Positions 9,491 to 17,173 of a stretch of 64,000 nt of DNA are shown here, piece after piece. The stretch lies in the IMG/VR virus record IMGVR_UViG_3300027747_002221, positions 124,001-188,000 of that record; one strand, given 5' to 3'. A program made the position numbers and the translations under genes. Below the pieces are notes generated by a model, which saw only the letters and a list, made by a program, of their open reading frames with translations, was not told the DNA's origin and did no database searches. The number at the start of each line of letters is the position of its first letter. Position 1 is the stretch's first letter.

Positions 9491-10055
9491 CCTTATCAAA
9501 CTGTAAAAATGGTTTGTATTTTCTTATCAGTCTTGATATATCTGGCCACATAATGTCATTACTGAGGTCTGTGTCAAAGTGTACCAGAAAAGGATTAATC
9601 TTTTCTAATATAACTAAAGTTTCCAGTGTTATCGTTTTTCTAAGAAATGCTTTAATTATATATGGATGCTGTGTTTTTGTGATTTTAAAAGCATCTTCAA
9701 ATTGTTTATTATCTGATTCAAGATCTTCTATTAGGTTATCCAAATCGTTAGTAAAAATATAGGATAAACTTTCAATTCTTTTTTTCCATTCTGCGTAGCG
9801 TTCACTTGCTTCAGAATCAAATAGGCCTCCCCAACGATCTCCTGATGTAAAGTTGGCAACTAAAAAATTTGCTACTTCCTCATCCGAATATGTTTTAGAT
9901 ACCTTTTTAATAGAATATAAATCTTTACGTTTTGCGAAAGCTTGTCGGCTAGCTCTTACTTTACCTCGTTGAGCTATAACATCATAATTTTCGGTAGTAA
10001 AATGTAATTTCAAAGCAATATACATCTTATACACTGAGTATTCATCCATAATCAC
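9426..10055 (-). CDS. gp59: Helicase loader gp59
   Basis: VYKMYIALKLHFTTENYD...RKDLYSIKKVSK...NFLVANF...ITLETLVIL. Confidence 0.9.
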   Translation of the reverse strand: MIMDEYSVYKMYIALKLHFTTENYDVIAQRGKVRASRQAFAKRKDLYSIKKVSKTYSDEEVANFLVANFTSGDRWGGLFDSEASERYAEWKKRIESLSYIFTNDLDNLIEDLESDNKQFEDAFKITKTQHPYIIKAFLRKTITLETLVILEKINPFLVHFDTDLSNDIMWPDISRLIRKYKPFLQFDKEKFNGILRRRVGHNIAEDSAS

Positions 10056-10318
10056 AGGGGTAACTTCCCTCTCTTTTTAAAATAGTTGCCGTCTTCTGCT
10101 TCTATTTGAACCTTATCTTTTAAGGATTGATTTATTAGTTTAGAAATAGATTCAATGTCTATATCTACTTCTTCGCAATATTGAATTATTGCTTCCATAT
10201 AACTAATATCCTGTGCTGCAACTCTACCCTCAATATAAAGTGAAAATTCATTAGGCGATCTAAATTTCTTGGTTATAATTAAGCTATCTGTTAATATGTA
10301 TTGTAATTCTTCACTCAT
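10052..10318 (-). CDS. gp33: Late-transcription coactivator gp33
   Basis: FSLYIE...ISYMEAIIQYCEE..ID.E.ISKLIN.SLKDKVQIEA. Confidence 0.9.
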   Translation of the reverse strand: MSEELQYILTDSLIITKKFRSPNEFSLYIEGRVAAQDISYMEAIIQYCEEVDIDIESISKLINQSLKDKVQIEAEDGNYFKKRGKLPL

Positions 10319-10989
10319 ACTTTTTCCTGGAATAATACGTCATCCATAAAACTCATAAACGTATCTTTATCCACACCAAAATTAACCATCATTGCCGGTG
10401 TGTGAGGATTCTTTTTCTGAAACCTACAATAATGATTATGCTTTTCGTAATAGTCTCTATCCGCATAGGGCACTCCTACATTATAAAGGTAAAAGTTTAA
10501 ATTGTCAATAACTGTTTGTTTAAGTTGATCTAATTCTTCCTGCGTTTGTATATTGCCCGCAGCCAGCATATTTGGACTAAAAATTTCAAGTGCCCATTCA
10601 GGTAACTGTCTTGGTTTAGACCAAGTTAATTTAGACATCTTAGTCTGATACCATTCATATAAAAATGAATCTCCAACTTTAGAAAAATCATGAAATGCCC
10701 CAGTAATTTTATTTTGTCCGCAAACTATATCAAAACCAAATATAGGATCAGGGCAATTATAGTGAGGAAAAATACACATATGCATAACCCACATCTTTTT
10801 AGTTGCAGATGCATCTACAATTTCTATATGTGCTCTTCTAAAATTTTTACTAGTCCAGACATAATTTTTCCAAGAAAAATCCACATCAGTATGCGAATAT
10901 TTAGGATTAATTTCTTCTATACTATATAATTTAAATTTATCTATAAGTGTTGTTGATAATGCTTGCGCCTGCGAAAACATTTCAATCAT
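10315..10989 (-). CDS. Ferredoxin-dependent bilin reductase (PcyA/PcyX family)
   Basis: FRRAHIEIVD, VMHMCIFP, PIFGFDIV, GAFHDFS, LPEWALEIFS, QKKNPHT; adjacent to heme oxygenase. Confidence 0.85.
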   Translation of the reverse strand: MIEMFSQAQALSTTLIDKFKLYSIEEINPKYSHTDVDFSWKNYVWTSKNFRRAHIEIVDASATKKMWVMHMCIFPHYNCPDPIFGFDIVCGQNKITGAFHDFSKVGDSFLYEWYQTKMSKLTWSKPRQLPEWALEIFSPNMLAAGNIQTQEELDQLKQTVIDNLNFYLYNVGVPYADRDYYEKHNHYCRFQKKNPHTPAMMVNFGVDKDTFMSFMDDVLFQEKV

Positions 10990-11518
10990 TATATTCTTTT
11001 ACCATTTCAATGTTATGTTTAAATGCTATAATAGCTTCATCTGCTAAAGACACATCCAATTTAGATCTTACTGTTTTAATAAGTGTAGGAATATCCTCAA
11101 ACTTATACATATGCCCACTGCCAGGAGTTAACTTAGCTAGTTGTTGCCCTCCAAACATATCTCCCATATGTCTAACATATACATGAGCTAATAACTTCTT
11201 AGGATCATCTTGTATACTGTCTAAGTATTGTAGATATGTTAGGGTAGACGGTCTAATCTTAAAAACGGTAGTTGCAAGATCTTCACAAAGTTCAGCCCAA
11301 TCCTGTTGTGCTAATTTTGCTCTTTTAAGATCTTCTATACCGTCAAATATAGCATGTTTGGAAGCTAATATTTCCATTAGTCCATATACATGAAATAATT
11401 GATAAACATAATCTGCATATTTTTCTTTATTTACATTGCCTGCAAATATAGATTTTATAAATGGCTGAGATTCTGCTTCCGCATGAACATCGGCTGTCAA
11501 TTCTTTTAGTGTGCTCAA
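10982..11518 (-). CDS. Heme oxygenase (HemO/Ho1-like)
   Basis: LKELTADVHAEAE (proximal His), LLAHVYVRHMGDMFGGQ distal-helix motif. Confidence 0.92.
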   Translation of the reverse strand: MSTLKELTADVHAEAESQPFIKSIFAGNVNKEKYADYVYQLFHVYGLMEILASKHAIFDGIEDLKRAKLAQQDWAELCEDLATTVFKIRPSTLTYLQYLDSIQDDPKKLLAHVYVRHMGDMFGGQQLAKLTPGSGHMYKFEDIPTLIKTVRSKLDVSLADEAIIAFKHNIEMVKEYND

Positions 11519-12141
11519 TTTGTTTTCCTTGAATTTGCTGCAGTACCGATATATGGTCTATGATCCCATTTATAGTCACGGTAATTGCCATTCTTATTTA
11601 CATAGTGTAAAAATGCTTGTGTTTGTCTTTGACCTTGATACGCATCACGCCAATGATTTAACGTATCGCCTTTATAAACAATAAGATCACCTGGCCATAA
11701 GTTAATGGCTTTCTTTTCACCTGTTAAAGTTTCAAACCAAATTTCCCATGGCTCTTCATCAATGGAAATATTAACGGTTGCTGAATACTCGCAACTTGGT
11801 CTATCCTTGTGTATAGCCATTGTTGCCCCATTATAATATATCCTAGCATACGTGTACGTAGGATATAAATTTTTACCTGTTATTTCTTCTATAAGAGGTT
11901 GAAGTTGTAAGGATAATGCTTCGAACGGGAGTGCAGAATAATATGCGAAACTATTGGATATCTGCTCATCATTAAATGCAAATTTATTATCTTCACTTTG
12001 TCCGTTTGCCATGTATTGTAATTTTCTTAGCAACTCAAACTCTAAATCCATATGGTCTAGTTGTTCTAGAGGAAGTACTCCCCGTACAATCTCATATAAA
12101 TCTGTCGCAAACGTTGGTTCATCTAATGTAGTTGTAGTCAT
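11515..12141 (-). CDS. 2OG-Fe(II) oxygenase superfamily protein
   Basis: HKDRPSCEYSATV (HxD), PGDLIVYKG..LNHWR, QAFLHYV. Confidence 0.88.
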   Translation of the reverse strand: MTTTTLDEPTFATDLYEIVRGVLPLEQLDHMDLEFELLRKLQYMANGQSEDNKFAFNDEQISNSFAYYSALPFEALSLQLQPLIEEITGKNLYPTYTYARIYYNGATMAIHKDRPSCEYSATVNISIDEEPWEIWFETLTGEKKAINLWPGDLIVYKGDTLNHWRDAYQGQRQTQAFLHYVNKNGNYRDYKWDHRPYIGTAANSRKTN

Positions 12142-12163
12142 ATCATTATCCTAAAAAATTTGT

Positions 12164-12187
12164 GTTAGCTTTTAAGGATAAGCTAAC
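12164..12187 (-). terminator. Probable intrinsic terminator after rubrerythrin
   Basis: GTTAGCTT-N8-AAGCTAAC stem; T-run downstream on the minus strand. Confidence 0.55.
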
Positions 12188-12215
12188 AAACCCGTATTAT
12201 ATTAGAAACTACTTG

Positions 12216-12653
12216 TTACTGTGTTTCTTTATGCGCAGCTAATGCCTTGGTAAAACGATTAGCATGGCTACGTTCAGCTTTTGCTAATGTTTCAAACCAA
12301 TCTGCTACTTCTTTAAACCCTTCGTCACGAGCAGTCTTAGCCATACCTGGATACATGTCAGTGTATTCATGTGTTTCGCCGTGAATAGCTGATTCCAAAG
12401 CTTCAGTAGTAGTTTTAGCACTCATACCTGTACCTGGATCACCCGCACCACCCTCGATCAAATATTCCATGTGGCCATGGGCGTGACCAGTCTCACCTTC
12501 AGCAGTACTACGAAACAAGGCGGCAATATCATTATCACCTGCTACATCTGCCATGTTTGCAAAATATAAGTATCTACGATTAGCTTGCGATTCCCCTGAG
12601 AATGCAGCCTTCAAGTTTTCCTCTGTGCGAGTACCTTTAATTTTTTCACTCAT
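12216..12653 (-). CDS. rbr: Rubrerythrin (short form lacking the rubredoxin domain)
   Basis: [23 protein letters not shown]...[10 protein letters not shown]...[14 protein letters not shown]...AERSHA diiron motifs. Confidence 0.93.
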   Translation of the reverse strand: MSEKIKGTRTEENLKAAFSGESQANRRYLYFANMADVAGDNDIAALFRSTAEGETGHAHGHMEYLIEGGAGDPGTGMSAKTTTEALESAIHGETHEYTDMYPGMAKTARDEGFKEVADWFETLAKAERSHANRFTKALAAHKETQ

Positions 12654-12668
12654 ATAATTTTCCTAAAA

Positions 12669-13217
12669 TCAAAAGCTGCGTGTATACTGTAGACGTACTG
12701 CGTCTTTTTCTTCGTCACCGAATGACCGGCTCCAACGAACTGCAACTGCGTCTTGTTTGGTAAGTGCATAACCCACTGCAACGTGTGCGCGTGTTGTCTC
12801 AAACAATTTCTTTGATTCAAAAGAATTACGATAGCGTCCACCTACATCTGCAGTCAAGCCTGCAACTAATGGAAACTTAACACCTGCATCAATAGCGTAA
12901 TGGCTGAAGTGATCTGAGCTGGTAATTTTTTCACCAAGGCGTCCACCTAAATACAATGCACCAAAGCTTTTCTTTGCACGAACTTCAATACCTTGAGAAA
13001 TAGCACCGCTACCAATTTCTGTTTGGCTGTTTTCCATTTTAATACTGTAATCAATACCATCTACTTTGTTACCAACAACAAGTGCTTCCTTGATGTTTTC
13101 TGCGCCGGTTTTGCGATTGCTTTCATCATAGTATTCCAATGATGCATAACCTTGAGCCAATGCGGCACCTGCACTAAATAAAAATGATACTGCTACTAAC
13201 TTAATAATTTTTTTCAA
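12669..13217 (-). CDS. Outer-membrane beta-barrel protein (porin-like)
   Basis: TTG start with AGGAG SD; Sec signal ending AALA; alternating amphipathic strands; C-terminal ...VRLQYTRSF. Confidence 0.8.
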   Translation of the reverse strand: MKKIIKLVAVSFLFSAGAALAQGYASLEYYDESNRKTGAENIKEALVVGNKVDGIDYSIKMENSQTEIGSGAISQGIEVRAKKSFGALYLGGRLGEKITSSDHFSHYAIDAGVKFPLVAGLTADVGGRYRNSFESKKLFETTRAHVAVGYALTKQDAVAVRWSRSFGDEEKDAVRLQYTRSF

Positions 13218-13239
13218 AATAAACTCCTTTTTGTTTTTG

Positions 13240-13289
13240 AATAATAGGTTATTCTGTTGTGAGGAAACCTACCAAAACCCTAGGCAGCG
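13240..13289 (-). repeat. Direct repeat copy B (44/50 identical to 14901-14950, the tmRNA 3' end)
   Basis: Manual alignment, 6 mismatches in 50 nt. Confidence 0.92.
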
Positions 13290-13298
13290 ATTATACTG

Positions 13299-14015
13299 CT
13301 ATTTAGCACTCCAGTATTTAGAGTAATCCAAATTTTTCCAATAATGTTCGTTATTACGATACCAAAAGTTTTTAATAAGATACCATGCCATACCAAAGTA
13401 TCCCATCTGTTGAAATCTTCTATTGTCCTGCCCAAAATAATGTTTTACTAGTTTAAATTTTTTAACGTCATACTTTTTAGAAAGAAAGAAATCTTCACTT
13501 GTACCAAACTTCTCAGGGAACCCACCCAATTTGTCAAACTGTTCTTTTCGTGTTAGCATAAATGCACCAATAGCAAAAGGTACTTTATATTTCATAATAT
13601 TATTTACAGCATTAAACAACATAAAACCAAGCTGCGCTCTTATATCATTATCGTAACATTTTACATACAATCCGACTAAATCAAGATTGCTAGATTCTAA
13701 TTCGTCTACTGCATCACGAATAGTATTAACATTAAAGAAACGAACATCGGCATCGATGAATAGAATATAAGGTGTAGTAACCAATTCAGCCCCTCGGTTC
13801 TTAGCAAAGCTCACAGGACCGCCGTCGATAATTTCAATATTCAATCTACCCTTGTTTGCTTCAATAACATCTCGAGTACTGTCTGTAGAACAGTCTGAAA
13901 TAATAATTCTTGTACTACCTATCATTTGGTAGCGAAGATGCGTCAAGAGATTACATATATAATTTTCCTCATTCTTACATGGGACAACTATTGTTATTTT
14001 ATCACTTAATTGCAT
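13299..14015 (-). CDS. Glycosyltransferase family 2
   Basis: ITIVVPCKNEE, DCSTDST, AKNRGA, LFIDADV (DxD). Confidence 0.9.
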   Translation of the reverse strand: MQLSDKITIVVPCKNEENYICNLLTHLRYQMIGSTRIIISDCSTDSTRDVIEANKGRLNIEIIDGGPVSFAKNRGAELVTTPYILFIDADVRFFNVNTIRDAVDELESSNLDLVGLYVKCYDNDIRAQLGFMLFNAVNNIMKYKVPFAIGAFMLTRKEQFDKLGGFPEKFGTSEDFFLSKKYDVKKFKLVKHYFGQDNRRFQQMGYFGMAWYLIKNFWYRNNEHYWKNLDYSKYWSAK

Positions 14016-14133
14016 ACGTGTGTTTATGATCTATGGACTTTCGTAATGCTTTTAACCACAATTTCTTTTCTTTAACTTTATCATGATTGATACACGCTTG
14101 ATACAACTTCTTTACTATTTTTTGAACTTTCAT
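14002..14133 (-). CDS. Possible small basic protein (43 aa)
   Basis: Manual: MKVQKIVKKLYQACINHDKVKEKKLWLKALRKSIDHKHTYAIK; overlaps the tail of the PlcP-like gene. Confidence 0.4.
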   Translation of the reverse strand: MKVQKIVKKLYQACINHDKVKEKKLWLKALRKSIDHKHTYAIK

Positions 14134-14884
14134 TATCGTTTTCCTTAGTCCAGGTTACAATTTCCCATCGTCCATTATAATGTTCAACAAGAGCAGTACA
14201 AGATTCAACCCAGTCTCCGTCGTTCATATATATGATTCCATCAATCTCTTTAATCTCAGCATGATGTATATGTCCACAAATAACTCCATCATACCCTCGC
14301 TTTTTACAATATCCTGCGAGGTTGTTTTCAAACTGAAACATAAAGTCTGATGCTTTTTTTACTCTATGTTTTAAATACTTAGATAACGACCAATATCCAA
14401 ATCCAAATTTATGACGAACCCAATTAAAACGAGAATTCCAATCTAGAACTAAATCGTATAACTTATCGCCTAGAAATGCTAACCAAGGTGCAAGTCTAGT
14501 AATACCATCAAATAAATCACCGTGCGTTATCAGGTAGTGTTTACCATCAACACCTATATGTTCCGTTTGATTTTTTATTTCAATTAAACCAAAACTGAAA
14601 CCATATGGTATCATTGGCCTTAAGAATTCATCATGATTACCAGCAATGTAGATTACTCTTGTACCTCGTTTAGCGTGTCCAAGAATTCTTCGTACAACAT
14701 TGGTATGAGATTGCTTCCACCGCCATTTATTCTGTTGTATTTTCCATACATCAATAATATCACCTACAAGATATAAAGTCTCGCAAGTATTATGTTTTAA
14801 AAAATTATTTAACTTATCAGCTTGACAATCTCGAGTACCTAAATGAACATCACTTATGAATATTGTTTTATAGGTTCTTTGCAT
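14081..14884 (-). CDS. PlcP-like phospholipase C (LpxH/LpxH2-family metallophosphoesterase)
   Basis: TIFISDVHLGTRDCQA, LYLVGDIID, GNHDEFLR, HGDLFD, WLAFLGD, YWSLS, DGVICGHIHHA, NDGDWVESCTA. Confidence 0.85.
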   Translation of the reverse strand: MQRTYKTIFISDVHLGTRDCQADKLNNFLKHNTCETLYLVGDIIDVWKIQQNKWRWKQSHTNVVRRILGHAKRGTRVIYIAGNHDEFLRPMIPYGFSFGLIEIKNQTEHIGVDGKHYLITHGDLFDGITRLAPWLAFLGDKLYDLVLDWNSRFNWVRHKFGFGYWSLSKYLKHRVKKASDFMFQFENNLAGYCKKRGYDGVICGHIHHAEIKEIDGIIYMNDGDWVESCTALVEHYNGRWEIVTWTKENDNESSKNSKEVVSSVYQS

Positions 14885-14897
14885 AAGTTACCTTTAA

Positions 14898-15213
14898 ATT
14901 AATGATAGGTTATTCTGTTACGAGGAAACCTACCGAAACCCTAAGCAGTGTTTAGGCTGCTAATGCGAACTGTTCGTCGTTTGCGTTTACGTTTTTTGCT
15001 TGATTAACGGTCATCGCCTACCGTGCTGTCCACGCTGTTACTATTTGCCCTGTCGAAACCAATGTCAGGCCCATTAGAAAGAACTCTTTAGTATAGTCTA
15101 TAGCACTTGTCTGTCTCTATACAGGATGAAAAATTCTTTCTGGTGGACCTGGCGGGAGTCGAACCCGCGTCCAGAACATATTTCTCTTTGCTTCATACAG
15201 CAATAACTTACTC
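14898..15213 (-). ncRNA. ssrA: tmRNA, circularly permuted two-piece form
   Basis: Minus strand: T-arm GCGGG-TTCGACT-CCCGC and ...CAGGTCCACCA (ends 15141) come before GGGCCTGACATTGGTTTCGACAGG (starts 15072); 7-bp acceptor stem with G3:U; tag frame ANDEQFALAA-TAA (14984-14952). Outer ends are approximate. Confidence 0.95.
14901..14950 (-). repeat. Direct repeat copy A (3' part of the tmRNA coding piece)
   Basis: See 13240-13289. Confidence 0.92.
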
Positions 15214-15315
15214 TTTTACATTATAAAAAAGACTTTTTGCTATCCAGAACATATAGTTGACTACAACTAAGATGCCCCACATATAAACCCAATGCCAATT
15301 TTCAAACATAAGAAC

Positions 15316-15450
15316 TCACTTACCTTGACCTCTATACTTTTTAAAACTAGTACGTCTGGTTTTATTCATAGCACTTGTTTTAGGTTTGCTACCACCTTGG
15401 CAGGTGCGCTTACTAATAACGTGACCTTTTGTATTTCTACCTGCTGCCAT
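15316..15450 (-). CDS. Small basic conserved-type phage protein (44 aa)
   Basis: Manual: MAAGRNTKGHVISKRTCQGGSKPKTSAMNKTRRTSFKKYRGQGK; GGAG SD. Confidence 0.7.
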   Translation of the reverse strand: MAAGRNTKGHVISKRTCQGGSKPKTSAMNKTRRTSFKKYRGQGK

Positions 15451-15514
15451 AATCTACTCCTTATTATATATGAACTACTAACAAAAATCAAGACAATAGT
15501 TGTTCAAACCATGT

Positions 15515-16168
15515 CTAAATTAATTTTATACGCTTATATTCTAATCTTAAATCCCTAAAACCATTTATCCATGTATTACGTTTTTCCACAAAGATTAATG
15601 GGTCTTCCTCATCCACCGCAATTAAAATTACTATTTGAGGTACAGGGATCTTTGTCATTTCTTCAAAAGCAACGGCATATGCGGAACATTGCATAAAATA
15701 GTCGTGAATATTATCCTTTTCTTTAATCCTTTTAGATGTTTTAAAGTCTATAACAGACATTTTACCATTATATTCTGCAATACAGTCTACTGTACCAGCA
15801 ACTTCTAAATGATCAGAAAATAACGATTGTTCTAACGCATATATGTTGTTTATATTATGTAGTATAGGTTTAAACTTATTCCACATCTCTATATCAAACA
15901 TATCTGGATTCACAGTTTCGTTCAATAGATATTTTTCAGCTAAAGAATGAATTCGAGTACCACGTCTTGCAGCAGTACTCGAAATTCTGTTCGCTTCTTC
16001 TTCACCCACTCGCTTTCGCCATGCCATAATAGATTGTTTTTTAAGCAATCCGGTAACAGTAGTAACTGATGGATATTTGTTACCTGTTGGTGTTTGATAT
16101 ACCCTAGTACCGTCTTCATTTGTAACACGGTTGAGCTTTGGTAGCTCACATTCTATATGATTAAACAT
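15515..16168 (-). CDS. PD-(D/E)xK exonuclease (Cas4/ExoA-like)
   Basis: YPSVTTV, RGTRIH, EVAGTVDCIAEYNGKMSVIDFKTS, YFMQCSAYA. Confidence 0.88.
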   Translation of the reverse strand: MFNHIECELPKLNRVTNEDGTRVYQTPTGNKYPSVTTVTGLLKKQSIMAWRKRVGEEEANRISSTAARRGTRIHSLAEKYLLNETVNPDMFDIEMWNKFKPILHNINNIYALEQSLFSDHLEVAGTVDCIAEYNGKMSVIDFKTSKRIKEKDNIHDYFMQCSAYAVAFEEMTKIPVPQIVILIAVDEEDPLIFVEKRNTWINGFRDLRLEYKRIKLI

Positions 16169-16518
16169 TAAATAAATTTAGTTAAGTCTGGGGGTGTCCA
16201 ACCTTCTGGTTTTAAAATTTTACCATCTTCACGTCGAATAACCTTACCTGTTTTCGCATCAATCTTCCAAAGATTAGATGTTGTAACTTCATTCCATGCA
16301 CCTCGTACATCATATCCTTTCATATGGCAATAACCTAGCGTAACCCAGATTAGATCCATACAAGCATCAAGCTGTTCGACCTCATCTTTATTTTGATATG
16401 CCTCTAAAAACTCATTAAACTCTTCATTTATAAGTTTGTGATATAAGGTGGCATTTTCCTCACTAGGTGTTTGATCACATGCTGTTTGAAATACTTGTAC
16501 ATCTAAAGCCATATTCAT
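16168..16518 (-). CDS. MazG-like/all-alpha NTP pyrophosphohydrolase
   Basis: LINEEFNEF...EQLDACMDLIWV...SNLWK...REDGKILKPEGW. Confidence 0.82.
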   Translation of the reverse strand: MNMALDVQVFQTACDQTPSEENATLYHKLINEEFNEFLEAYQNKDEVEQLDACMDLIWVTLGYCHMKGYDVRGAWNEVTTSNLWKIDAKTGKVIRREDGKILKPEGWTPPDLTKFI

Positions 16519-16531
16519 AATTATATTTTCC

Positions 16532-17155
16532 TTAAGCTAGAACTTGCATATTATGCTCGTAATGTTTTTTACGATCTTCAAGTCCTATTGTACCACCATT
16601 TATCTTTTTTGTCATTGCGAGAACATCCTTTTTATCGGCAATAGCATTAAGTTTGTTCTTTTGCCAAAACCAACAAGCAGATTCTATAGCACCATCCATT
16701 GTTGAGCAATAGGTAATGGCATCTTCCAGGGTTAATCCTATCGAATTAGCAAATGCCTGATAGTTTAGTTTACCTGTAAGTTGAATGGCCCCGCGGCCAC
16801 GGTGTGCCCAGCCATCGCCAGACTCCTCGGGGCCATTCCCCATACGATTTGCATAAATTTTATTTGCAATTTTTTCAGGCTTACGTTCATACTGTTTTGC
16901 CAAAGCTTCATTAGGGAAATACTTTTTAAATAGCCCTAATAATCCCTTTGCACCATAATTTAAATTTTCTTGAAGGACAGTAAAGTCCAAAGACTCATGC
17001 CCACATTGTGCTAAAAATGCAGCAACTCTTTCTACAGTGGTAATCTCATATTTAGGTAATACCTTTTCTAAAGATTCAAATAGATCGCGCGGATTTTTGT
17101 TTCTTGATAAACACTTCTTTAATTTTTCTTCTGTGAAATCGAATTCAAAACTCAT
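16532..17155 (-). CDS. Endolysin, glycoside hydrolase family 19
   Basis: AAFLAQCGHES, ENLNY, YANRMGNG, RGRGAIQLTGK, TKKINGG. Confidence 0.93.
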   Translation of the reverse strand: MSFEFDFTEEKLKKCLSRNKNPRDLFESLEKVLPKYEITTVERVAAFLAQCGHESLDFTVLQENLNYGAKGLLGLFKKYFPNEALAKQYERKPEKIANKIYANRMGNGPEESGDGWAHRGRGAIQLTGKLNYQAFANSIGLTLEDAITYCSTMDGAIESACWFWQKNKLNAIADKKDVLAMTKKINGGTIGLEDRKKHYEHNMQVLA

Positions 17156-17173
17156 AGTTTCTCCTTATAGTTA

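Noticed and set aside
15141-15172. tRNA-like T-arm and CCA end
   Set aside because: There is no D-arm or anticodon arm upstream; it is the acceptor piece of the permuted tmRNA, not a tRNA gene.
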